Assembly (NCBI GenBank): GCA_000934665.2
Contig: JYFJ02001358.1
Span: 1 to 64,000, forward strand
Direction of reading: 5' to 3'
DNA: 64,000 nucleotides
Source of the DNA: Catajapyx aquilonaris
Lineage: Eukaryota
Shown: one piece after another, positions 38,612 to 51,400 of the stretch
How positions within the stretch are numbered: position 1 is the stretch's first letter
Layout of the letters: every line of letters begins with the position of its first letter
The notes under the pieces: model-generated
The model's database searches: none
Told to the model about the DNA's origin: nothing
The model's input: the letters and a program-made list of their open reading frames with translations, nothing else
Program-made: the position numbers and the translations under genes

Positions 38612-41600
38612 ATGAACCGCTTCACCGGAGCGCACCTCAACCCTTCCCCAGGGAGTTCCCCCACCCACAGGCCACGTCGTCCGCAGCAACCTCAGCTCCC
38701 CTTCTACGCCCTCCCCCCGTCCGTCAAGAGCAGCAGTCAGATCATAAACGAGGCCAAGGAGTTTGTGAGGATGTCTTCGGCCGGATCAGAGCCGTCTCTT
38801 CACCTCCCAGGTGGAGCAGCCGCCTCGTTCCTCCGTCCAGTGGACACCAAGCGACCCTTCACACCAAAGGAGCCACAGAGGACGCTCTTCGGCAACATCA
38901 GGAGAGAAGCGGGATGTCGCGGCCAGCAGGTCGCCAGGCCAGCCAGCACCTTCAGGTCAGACATAACTGCATCATATCATTTGGTTCAGCGCAACCTATT
39001 AATATTAATTAAATTAATTTGCTACCCTGTGCTATTGCATAATCAGTCACATGAAGGGCTGGATGTTGTTGATTATTACTGACAACAGATTTTTTTTTGT
39101 CCAGCCTTCGTCCGCATCACTTTGAGGAACCCTTGAGTGACAGTCGCCCTCCGTCTGGAATCCGCCTGATGCCACTGGACTCGCCCAGGGAGGTCTGGAT
39201 GTCGACAATGGCGGCGTCTCCTCCGCCTCCACATTCGCCGCACTCCAGATGCCGCACCCCAACACCAACCGCTGCACAACGTTTGCTCCTCCCGTCCCTG
39301 CCGAGGTCAGCATCTCTGCCTCTCTCCTCCCCATCCGGCAGTGCCCACCGCTCACACTTTCGCTCGAGAGGATCCCTCGGCAACCGTAAGCATTAACGTA
39401 CAACTTGCCGGACACTCTCACTGAGGCCTACTCTTTCAGTGCCAGAGGAGGATGAGGTGGGACAGGCAGACATACTGGACCTGGACTTTACACCGGACAT
39501 GCCTCTTAGTTCTCTCAAGGTGAGAGGCAGGAGTGTGGAAGACATTCTGGACCCACTCAAGAGGGCCTGCGAACGCACGTATCAGCAGCAGATGGCCCCC
39601 AGAAATCAGACGCCTCCAGCCTTTTCCACTCATGGTCCATCAGTCGGGGTGTCCATCCGCCTGTCTCCGAGCTTCCTGGAGCAGGCTGGAGCGACCCATC
39701 GTCCTGAAAGCAGGGGGCGTTTCACATACGAGCAGATCGATCCACCCCCAAGCCCTCAGATGAGCGCCTGGGAACTACTTAGCATTCTGTCAGAGCAAGG
39801 TACAGCGTACCTTTAACCTTCACAAGTTGACTGTTATTATACCTCATAATGATGCTCTTCCGCAGAGGATAACGACCAGGAGGTGATAGAAGTCCTGGAG
39901 AAACTCCTTGCGGAAATGGCAGCTGGGAAGAACCCTGCGGGGTCCGGCAGGAGCCAGAGGTCAGCCCTCCGCTCCCTGTACCGACTAGTGGACCGCAACA
40001 ACGAGCGCCTGCTGCTTCTCCTGGCCCATGTGCTCCTGGAGATGCGGGTCACTGGCTCCAACAACCTGGCCGGGGTGTGCAAGCTGGTGTTCAAGGTCGC
40101 CAAGGCAGACGACAACGACAACCTCTTTCTCCAAAACAGCGGGCGCATCCTAGACCTCTTCCTGGATGCTGTTGGACGTGCCAGCCCGCTTGAAGACGCA
40201 GAGGCGTGTGTGTATGGATACGGCGCCATCAAGTTCCTCTGCATGAATGTGCCTGCTGCCCAATGCCTGATGGATCTTGGCCTGCTCGACCTCATGACCC
40301 TTCACCTGCGGGTCATGTGTAGCCACAAGGAGGAGGGCAACCGTGTCCCGGAGCAGAGCAACCACGCCTTGTTCCAGCTGACAGCGGCCATGCGCAACGT
40401 GGCCGGTGAGGATGGGACGGCACCTGCGTTTGTGTCGACGGGTGCAATTGGCCAGGTGGTGAACGCCCTCCGCCTCTTCCGGTGCGACCTGGACGTGGTG
40501 GTGAACCTGTCCCGGACCCTGTCCATACTGTCCACGCAGGAGGAGTGCTGCGGGGAGATGGTGAGGCAGGAGGGCCTCTTCCCTTACATGCTGCACGTGA
40601 TGGAGAAGTACAGGGGCCGCGCGGACATTGTGGTGCGGCTGGGTTACTGCGTGGGCAACCTGACTGCACGCTGTGAGGAGGCCAGGAAGAAGTTCTACCT
40701 TATGGAAGGGGCTTTGGACGCCATGCTGGGGCTGCTGGATCTGTACATGGCAATGATGGAGAGTCGGAGGAGCGAGCAGGTCATGAGGGAGGAAGTGTCA
40801 GGGGACGTGGACGTGGTTGAAGACGTTATGGTCAAGGTGAGCATACTCTCATGAAGTGAGCCCCACAGCGCAGGCATTACACCCAGTTTTTTGTCCACAG
40901 TTGGTGAGAATAATAGCGAACGTCAGCCTGTACCCAGATGCAGGGGAGTGGATATCAACGAGCCCGGACTGCCTCCGCATCCTCCTCAGGATACTTTGCA
41001 ATTACACCCTGCCCAGCAGCGAGGAACTCGTTCTGTCCACGCTGTCCACCCTCAACAACCTCACCTACTACACCCAGGCAGGCGACGACGACGACGACAC
41101 CACCTCCCAACCGGGTGTGGACCATGAGGAGGATGAGGAGTGCCGGGAGAGGCTTGCCCTGACCCTGTGTCAACTGGCAGGTGGGGACCACTTGGAAGGG
41201 GCGGCCGAGGCCACCCGGGTGCTGGGCAACCTGACTCGGGAGAGGAAGGTGCGTGACCAGGTGACCCGCACTGGGACCCTCAGGAAGATGATCCAGAGGG
41301 CAGGGGACACTGAGAGCGCTGAGTTCATCCGGGCAGCAGTCGGGGTCCTGGTCAACATCCTGGGGGACCCAGACAAGGGCCGGCTGGTCAAGAGGCACGG
41401 AGGTGTGGCCATCCTGGTGGGTGTCCTGGACAGTGAGCTGGGGAGCATGCGCAGCAGCCATGGGACGGACTGGTGGCTGGCGTCCCTGGTGTGCCAGGCC
41501 CTGTGGAACTACTGCGCCCACTCGGGAGACCTGGGGAGAGACCTGGGGAGGAACAACCTGCTGAGGCTGCTGGCCCTCCTGGCCGACTGCCTGGACGAAG

Positions 41601-41806
41601 AGGCCGTGTTCCCAGGGGTGGATGGGGACGGGGAAGGGATGTACGCCATGTGGGAGGAGTTTGCAGGGGTGGGCTCCTCCCTGATGGACAAGGTGGAGAC
41701 CTACCTGGAGGAGGAGGAGGAGGAAAGGGAGGCAGGTGTGGAGGAGTACCTGGAGGAAGTTCATCAGACGCCACCCAGCAGCAGCCATTCCCTCACCACC
41801 CGCTAA
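38612..41806 (+). CDS. ARMC2: Armadillo repeat-containing protein 2 (5 exons)
   Basis: N-terminal SSQIINEAK...TKRPFTPKEPQRTLFG...RPASTFSL as in ARMC2. ARM region NNLAGVCKLVFKVAK..NDNLF, EACVYGYGAIKFL, EATRVLGNLTR, LASLVCQALWNY. Confidence 0.9.
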
Positions 41807-42398
41807 TGATAAGCCGCATGAAAACCAGTCCATCACTATAATTATTCCGTCCATTTCTAATATAAACACACCGTCCGTGATTGTACTGCTGCGGTATAGG
41901 CAACTTTTATTTCCCTCTTTGACCATTCCACTGCCCCTCATTATTTTTAGATTATCGAATAAATCATGTTGATAGGTACCTCTCTACTTGTCCAATTTGG
42001 TGATCTTTACATGTTTCAGCATGATGCATAATATTATCAAAATTGGCGCCGTGTGTTGCCAATGGGAATGTGTCATCTTCAGTTTTAACGGGAATTGTGG
42101 CCGCTCCGGGTTATGCCGGGCTCTAACCGCGCACGGGATAATTAAATTGATTTAAATGTAATTAAAAAGGGCGTGCATTTAACTCGGTGGGGGAGTCGAG
42201 CGCTGCGGTGGCCGGCACCTGAACTACGTGGTCTGTCGTTCTAATTTCGGCCGACCTCAGGTCGGAATGCGATGAATGCCCCCTGTCTGGGTGGGAAGAC
42301 AAGGAATGGGGGCGGCCCCGAGGCGGACCGCCCAGGGGCGAGACGACTGGCCCCGGTTGAGGGCCGGCCGAGACGCAAATCCCTGTTAAAGAAGAGCG

Positions 42399-42401
<3 letters not shown>

Positions 42402-42438
<37 letters not shown>
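42402..42438. repeat. (GA)n microsatellite just upstream of the SENP start
   Basis: About 18 GA units. Confidence 0.9.
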
Positions 42439-42443
<5 letters not shown>

Positions 42444-42492
42444 CTGGACGCCATCTGTGTTGGGCTGGCCGCACCTCTTGACCGACGAGTCA

Positions 42493-45400
42493 ATGGTCGC
42501 TGTTCCAACGACACTTCTTCCGCGTTCGGATCTCTCGCTGCCAGGGACCAGGGGCCGCCCCGGGGCGAACACGGGGGCCGGAATGTAACCCCGCATCCTC
42601 CCGAGGGCAAGACGCGGGGGCAGCCATCCAGACGGACACACGTTCATATTTATTGACAAACCGGACTAGGCCTAGTCTCCCTCCGGCCTTTCCCAACTAC
42701 AGCGGGACTCCGGATTATTCCTGTGTGTGCATGTGCTAGCCCCTTTTTTTCTACCTCAGAACAAGGAGTGGGTGACGCACAGGGTACGGGATGGAGGACC
42801 ACACACAGCAGCACCAGCAGGTGGTGGTGGAAGGAGCAGGAGGAGACCAGGTGCACTTCGAGGTGCTCGGAACGTTCGACCAATTTACAGGGTGAGGCTC
42901 CATTCTCGCAGGGATTGGCTCACTTTTTGCGGAGACGAGCAACAGTGGGCGCAATGCCGCCCATCCAGCCGATTCATTTCGGCAGCAGGCACCGTGTCGT
43001 CGTCATGTTCCCCGACTCGTAGTCGACGGGTAATCTGCCAGACGCACCTCTGGAACCCTCCACTTTTCCGGCTTCCAAGGAGATGCCCCCTCACACAACA
43101 ATGGTCTGAACAAACAAGTGTCAACAGAACAATGTTTGCTCATATTGTTGTGGGCGAGCAGTGGAAGGGTCCAGAGGTGCGTCTGGCAGATTTCCGTAGA
43201 GCGTAGACTGTGAGTCGGTCAACGTCAGATCGTTCTTTCATTTAACGGACTTTACAAGTTCGCTAATATGGTATCCAGATATGCCCAGATCTAATGTGTA
43301 AAGGTAGCATACTGCATAGTGATGAATGATATCGACTTATCTACAAGCCTTTGACGAGGGCACTAGAAAGTTCTTCCATCCTGGTTGCATGAGATGTTAA
43401 GAACGAGTCATCCAGGATACACTTCCTTCTGCAAGTTGTCACAGAAACAGTGAAACAGAAGATATGAGAATAGATCAAAACCCCTGCTGATATTCATACA
43501 AGGCTTGCGGGGAAGTAATGGATGCTAAAGGGAAAACTCGATTCAGTCAGAAGTTGCCATTAAGTTTTCTTGTCTTTGATGGGTCAGGGAATATGACCTA
43601 CTTGAGACCGCATTTACATGTGAGTGGTTCGCTCAGTGGTTAAACCAATTGTTTGGGGGCAAAAATCAATTGTTACTTTCACTAAAGACAATTGGATTCA
43701 TCACATGTAAATGCAGCATGATTCTGTTGCCTTGCGCCAAGCTTTATACATCTGGAAGTGGGCTTTCAGCCTATGATGAATGTATTATTACATCAAAAAT
43801 GAATGTGATTTTTCCCAATGACAGCAATTTTTTCAAACAGAAAAAAAGTGGCATGTACAGAGGGATTTCAAAGTAATTTTCCCTTAGGTAAAACCAAGAG
43901 TAAGCATATTCCAGAAAGATTTTTATAGTGTGACAATATACATTGGGTTGTCATTATGAGATATATATATAAAAAACACTACCTAGGGAAACATTTAATG
44001 TGGGGCCCAGGAATTTTTCCTTCCACATTTTTTGGAGGACATTATCCAGGTAATTTAAAAAGTGAGATCTGAAACTCATACTGGAAGATGATTTTTCTAG
44101 TTGCTCGAGGGCTGCAGAGACTTCTAGCAGCTTCTAACCACAGCTATAAGGCATCCACATTGCTTTTGTATGACTGCAGCCAAAGAATGAATGCAGAGCT
44201 TGTATTGATTAAAGCTATCATTGGCACTGTTATGTAATGTTCATTCTCTTGTTGCAATCACAGCATAAAGGCATTTATTTTTCAATGTGTTAGTCAGCAT
44301 TTCGGGACCCCCTTTTTTTTTGAGAAATTTGGGTTTGACATGCTTCCTTGTGGGTCACGTTCATTGCGAGAAATGGCTCAAGACTTGATCAGACAAGTGT
44401 GGATAGGCCTCGGATGTGTGACCCCTTGCTTCATTTATTTGTTACAATTTTTTATGAGCAGCTACATGGCCTACTCTTTTGAACTTCTTAATTTCAGTAG
44501 AACCCCGATCATCCCACTCCTCAGTTTATTTGACGTTCCTGCTCCGGCAATAAAAATGTTTTCGCATGATGTTTCGCACAATAATCTGTCTTTCCCTATT
44601 GAGAGTCGGTGACACTGCAAGAGAGTGTCATCTTATGTAAGGACAGGACTGTGAAAGTGCAGCTGGATGACAGCTGGTCGCAAAATGTTCATTGTGATTA
44701 TTGTCGGATGGAAATGTTTTTTCATGTTTCGTGCCCAGTCATGCAGAAAAGCACAGTTTCAACAGTAACATTGTATTGAATCTGAACTTTGCAGAACTAT
44801 AGGCAAGACTTGGAATTATCCACTGGAAGACTCGCTTCATATAGAGGTGGTGCTGGAGTGTCAGCGAAACGCTACCCGTCAATTGTAATGAGAAGTGTTT
44901 TTCTAGGTTGTTGACAACTGCAGCTTTACTCATTCGTGAGATAGTCTCAACAAATGACACACATGCTATTTCCTTATACTATGAACTGACTTTGTAGGCA
45001 GTGAAACAACAAAAGTGTGTTTTTAAAATTTTGACCATAAGTAGGCCTGATTTGAAAATCCATGACATTTCTAGAACGCAATTTTATTAAGCCGTGTTGG
45101 ATTTATTAACTGTTGATGAAAATGATACTCGTACAACAAGTGTGTTGTATGTTCCAGGTATCTTGCAATCAAGTAGTATTGTAAATAGATATTCTCTAGT
45201 TGGACTGAATGTCACTGTGTTTGTCATTTCCAGTGAATCCCGAGGAGACCCAGCCTCACTGTACCCGAACCTGACTGCAGTCAGCTGCGGGAAGGAAAGT
45301 GAGTTTGGGGTAGCCATCCTGAGCGAGGGGCTGGCCAGCAATGCCGTGGCCGATCCCCACCAAGCCGGACACCCAGAGGAGGAAGGAGGAGGCGAGCTGC

Positions 45401-48400
45401 ATCACAACAATCCCCAAGAAGAGGCCCTCCAGCAACAGCAACAGCTGCATGGAGGGGAGCTAGTGCCGGTGCAGCAGCAACCAGCCCAGCTCACCCTGGC
45501 CACTAACGAGGATGGATCTGTTGTTCTCCAGGACGAGAATGGGCAGCAGTACTGCTTCTACCTGCCCACTGAAAACGGGACGCCGTCTGAGTAAGTGTGC
45601 GGTTATTGTTCGTACTGCACTGGAGATGCACAGTGCGGCAATATGTGCATTTGATGCTGACTTTCCTTTCTTTCTTCCCTGCAGCGAAGTGATAGTGATT
45701 CAACAGGTGGACTCGGGTGCAGAAGGAGAGAGTCTGCAGCTGCAGATTCCTGTCTCCCATGCCATTACCGCGCCTCCTGCTCTGCCTGCCCTACCTGCAC
45801 CGCCTGCTCTGCCTGCACTGCCTGCACCGCCTGCACCCACATCCCCTTCTCCTGACCTGCGACAGGCCATGGCCATGCTGGGTCAGGTACAAGGACAGGC
45901 CCAGTCCATGTCCCCACCCCCTCTGGTATTGCAGCAACTCCACCAACCTCAGGCAGCAAAGCCATTGCAGGAGAGCCCACTTCGAGCTGCTCAAATGCAA
46001 ATGCAGCCTCCACCTCTGACCGAGATGACCCCTAGGCCCAGTCCAGGGATGACCAACCTTGGTGGCGCCAATGCAGGGGCCAACCTCATGCTGGCGTCCA
46101 GAAAGAAGCTGTCATTTAATGAGTACCGGCAGAAGTACATGGAAGTGGAGAAGAAGTCGCCCATGATGGAGTACAGGGAAAAGGTGGTTGCCAATATCAG
46201 ATACACGAATTCACCACGGAAACGAAACACTCAGATGCAGATACTTGAGGAGCAGAGACAGTTGCAGCAGCAGTTTGTGACGGCCCAGGGGCAGGTTCCA
46301 GGGCAGGTCCACGTGGCTGCCAGGGCAACAGTGGCAGGGGGTGCTGCTACCTGGCACCAGCCCCAATCACCCCACACCTTCCAGCAGGTGGTGGCCTCTC
46401 CTGCCATGCAGCCCCCCAGACCCAGGGCTCCTCCAAGGCCAAGAGCCAACTCTCGGAAAAAGAAGGATGCAACCGCAGCCCTTCTACAATCATCTCTCGT
46501 GCAGTGAGTAATTTTCACCACTGATTAAAAGCTGGTTCTAAATCCCTTGGAATACATTTTATTGATTATGTGCTACAAGATTCCTGCATTATGCCAGGGA
46601 TATAAGATGAACCTTGATAGCATGAAAGTGTGAGTCGTCTTGGGCCATTAGAGCGGCTGTATTTCGTTCTCACACCTTCCCGGTTTGTATGGTCCCTGAG
46701 CTGGAGAGGAAGCGAGTGGTAATCACACCTGAATTCCATGTCGTTCAATGCACTCACCCCTATCGCATTTTAATCGTGCACATCGAAGAATGCAGATGTT
46801 GGCGTAGGTGCGTCTATCTGAACCACACACTCTGCGGTATATTCTTGGGCAGTTGCACCCGGAGCAGTCGCTTGGCAGTAGTGGGCTTCTTGCGTTAGTG
46901 TTGGTCGAGGCAACAAGCAGGATTAACAGTGCAATCACCAGGCTGGCTTTCATCTAGACGAGAAATTAAAAAGTTGATTAATATGTTTCCAGTGTCGGTT
47001 TAGCCATCGAAAGATGCTGGTCCCAGGTGCTTCATCTTAGTGTACGTATTACCTTGGAAGTATTCAGGAAGCTCTCAGAGGCACAGTTGCAGTTTCAACA
47101 AAATTCGACTGACTTGTGCCTATCCCGCCAAGTTGACCGCTGCAGGATGCAAATTTATCAAAGAAATGCTTCCGGTTCCTCCTGTGCGCCAAGGAAATTA
47201 GAATGGCTACCGACAATAATGACCACATGTGGTTAGTGCAGGAAGTTTTATAACAGTTCTGATAAGAGTAGGTCCTGAAGAGAAACAGTGAGGATTATAG
47301 AAATTGGTGCTCTCATAATTATTATGGAAAGCGTCTATTAATTTTGTTGTTTTTCCCCTAAGGCAATGTGGGTTGAATGCCCAGTCGCAGATAGTGTTCA
47401 TCATCCAGGAGGAGCAGGAGGGGTACACCTTCACCTCTGTGGATGGATCCACTGGGGTTGCCACCGCCTGCGCACCAGACGGCGGTGGGTCGGAGCAGGC
47501 GGGAGCGGAGAACGGGATGGCGGGGGAAGGAGCGGCCGCAGAGGATGCAGTGGCCGCCGCTCTTCAAAAGTAAGTGGAGCCCCCGTTTGCTGGCGATTCC
47601 CCTGGCTTGACCATGTTGTGCCGCTTCCAGTTCTCTGGAGCAGGTTGAGAGGCCAGCCCTGCCTGCAACCACGACGGTCACGACTCTCAGGCCAGCCCAG
47701 CCGCCTCCGCCGCCACCGCCAGAGGTCAGTCTGCAGCATGTCAGAGCATTTTTGCACACATTTGTTAATGGATCTTATTATTATTGTTGAAATGTAAGTG
47801 AGGGAATTCGTTTTGTTGGCACCCCTGCGCGTTCCGATACGGTAGCCCACGTTGCCACGTTGCCAACATGATTGTGCAATACGGTAGGGGGAGCAGAGTG
47901 ATTCCAAGATGGCGCCCCTTCCATGATGGCCGCGTGAGACTGTTCGATTTTTTTCCCCGTTTTGTTGAGGTTGTTGCGAGCGGATCAGGGGAGGGATTGG
48001 TGTCCGGGACGGGTGGGGATGACCCCTCCCACTGGGCCTGGAGGATCCAGGGCCAACTGGAGGCCGCTGGACCAGGGCGCGAGGAAGCAGAGGACCACCG
48101 CTAGACAACAAAAGGAGCAGGAAATGGGATGGGGGGCTAGCAAAGAGGCACAGGATGAGCCCAAGCCCAAGCCGGATGATGATGGGAAGGGAAAGGGAAA
48201 GTACGTACCCTGCAGGCATAAGCTGGAAGGGTTCGACACCCTAGATGGGGATAGGCAGGTTGGACGCAGATTGGAACGCCAGGAGAAGAAGAAGCCCACA
48301 TTGAGGCTCACGTTTAAGGAACAGGTGCAGAGAGAGAGTCATACGCACTGGTCCATTGCAGCACTGGTCGATGAGCCGTGTTTTGAATCAATAGTCATGC

Positions 48401-51400
48401 CGCATGTTTCTTTCCAGCCCCAAGAAGAGCTGAAGACTATACCGGGGAAGCTAGCCCTCTGCCTGTTCTGCGGGTTTCAGAGTAGCATTGTCAATCGGTG
48501 CCAGCGATGTCGGCGCAAACTGCCGGACAATGTGAAACTGTTGGATGAGAAGGAGGGCCAGAAGGGGATGCATGCTGGGGTCAGCTACGTCATGTCACGA
48601 CAGCAGAACAGGGTTGGACAGAACTCGCTGTCTGGATCGCCCACACCCATAGTGGTCACCTCCAACACCACTATTCCGGGAGGGGCAGCCACGCTCCGGT
48701 TTGCCAAGGAGCGATTTTACCCAAAGGACCAGAGAGCAGTGCATGTTCACCTCAACGTGGCCTCGCCACAGGGAGGAAGGCCCCAGAGGGGGGGGAGGCA
48801 GCGGAGAATCTTTGACGAACCAGGTGAGTCCGCATGGTCAGCTTCCTCCCATGGCTTGTGGCTTGCTTTTCAAACACTGCAGCACTCCCCACTGACTAAT
48901 CTATTGGTATTTCCGTGCCACATTAGGTAGCAGTACCGTTTGGCAATTTCAAATTACACATTGCTATTGTTATCCCGCATGAGGCACATGGTTGTAGTGC
49001 GGCTGCAGCATGTATGCATGGTAGTGTGCATTTTCTTGAGATCTACTTTCGTATAGCATGTGGAGGAAGAGGAGGGGAGACAGCTAGTGCAGCAAATGCC
49101 AACATTTTGAAGTCAGTTTCTGTTCTGAGCAGCTTGCTTTTTAAAGGCTTTCATTTATGTTTCATGGACAGGAAATCGTGCAATGGAAAAATCATTTGTC
49201 TCTTCGTAAGGCAGAGATTCTATAACACCTTTTGATTGGCATGTATGGTGAGCCAGACACTTCTACATTGAAACCCGAATTTTCTCTGTTTGCCTTGTGG
49301 GCGAGAAGATGTAAATTGCATGACGTTGGGAAAACATTAATAACTGATGATGAAAGATAACTGGTTTATCAGCCATCACATGCCTAAAGGTGGGTTTATA
49401 CTCCGCCGTAAGGGGCGAGAAGTAGCAGTAGCGCCGTAAAGAAAGCGAGCCTGCTACTGCAAGCGGTTTATACTAGCTACTGTACGCGTACTGTATGTCA
49501 AGCATTGCCGCGGATTCCTAGTACCCGCGGTGTCCGCCAGGTGTCCGCAGCTCCGGTCTGCCACGGATTTTGGACTTGAATTTTTTAATACTAAAAACGC
49601 CCATTGGTCTCGGCAATGATCATATTAGCTGGCCAAAAATCAAATCGTTCCGGGAATATGCCTTATGAGCAAGCTTTCGGACACATACCGCAAGCATTGC
49701 GGCGCTTTGCGGAGCCACCATTTTTTTTGGCGTAGTGGCCTTATGACGTAGCTGAAAAGTTGAATTTCGTTCAACTTTTGCAGCGGCCATACGGAGTTGA
49801 AATTCACGCCGTAGTGCGCTGGCGATACAGCAGCAGCGTGCCGTAAGCTGCCGTAGTGCTCCTTACGGCGGAGTGTAAACCCACCTTAAACATGCATTCA
49901 ATAAGGAGCCAGTGATGATGATCTCATCATAAAGTTACAGCATAATTATTGCTCTGCTCACAACTCTCTGCTACACTTTGCCTCAAATTCTAATGATCAT
50001 TAATTCCTTTTGCCCTGTCTCAATGTCAAATATCCAGGCATAATGGCCAATTTTAAATTTCAAGTCAGTGTGTTGGAGGAGGTTAATAGTTCACTACATG
50101 TTACCATGGTGCTAGCCACTCATGCTACTCCCAAAATAGATCTCTAGCTTTGGCATTTGCGTACCATAGATAAACAGAAGGGGCTGCGTCAAAGCTCACC
50201 CTTCAGCATTTTTAAACCTCCTATAATAAATGATATGGTGATGCCGAAAGTGATCGGACACAACTCAAGAGTTGGTGAGGAACGTATCAGTAGTCATTCC
50301 ATCCTCACCTCATGTCAAAATGTTGATTTGACCTGAAATTGCGTGGCCAAGCAATGTGATCACTAATTTTTAAATGTGCTTAATGGATTTCTGTTGAATG
50401 TTTGCACAGTTGGGGAAAATTTTGCTGCACAAATGTGTTGGGTGATTTGCCTGCCTCTTTGTTCTGTCCCAATCTGCATCGTTTCAATTGTTGCATCTCT
50501 GTAATAGCTGTTGTTATCCTTTGAATAGCTGGCCAACAAGTGTTGAAGAAGAAGAATCTGATTGTTACAGAGTGCTTAACTATATCATCGGACGAGGATA
50601 GTGACGAGGAGAATAACCCAGAGTCGAACTGGCGGCACGAGAAGGAGCCCATCATCTGCTCAGACTCGGAGGAGGAGAGCAAGAGTTCCATCGAGGGAGG
50701 CGGAAGAGGGGACCAGTGCAACAACCATGCTGCAACAGCGGCCGTGTCCGTTCAACCACCACCCCTGCCCTTGCAGCAGCCTCCCTCCAACCTGCCAACC
50801 ATCAACGCCAGCGACATGGACACCACTGACGGGAACTTCACCATGATTAAATGCCGCAGCGTCAGGATTGGGTCGTACAAGGTCATGCCCCTCGACAAGG
50901 TCCTCTTCAACACCACTGGCATTCAAATCACTGTCCCCGGGATTAAAAACAGTGAGTTTAAATACGTCTCAAATCTCGGTAACCAGAATTACCCCCATCA
51001 TGGTAACCACACTGCAACAGTCTCCATGAAAACTCCATGAAAAAAAGGGGTTACTGTGGTGACTGAGAGAACTTGTGGGGAATGCATGGAGCATCATCTG
51101 TCCCGTGGGAAGGTTGGCAGAGGGGAATAACGGAGTGAACTTCTCTTTCAGGCGAGGAGGTGGTGCAGGTGGTGCTGTACCGACAGGATTTGCTGAAGGT
51201 GCTGGTCCATCTGGGCCGCAGCCTGCCAGTGATATTTGTGTACGTGGGTCCAGAGTGTGCCCGGCGGGTGTGCCAGCAGCTGTGCATGACGCGAGGCAAC
51301 GAGCCCTTCTTTGACCCACGCAGCTCAAACAACACGTTCAGGCGGGTGACCCTCCTCCCTGACATCCTGAGGGAGGAGGATAAGCGAATCCTGCGCAGCC

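Noticed and set aside
43250..44960. Short minus-strand ORFs in SENP intron 1 as a third nested gene
   Set aside because: No recognisable motif or coherent exon chain; needs stranded RNA-seq.
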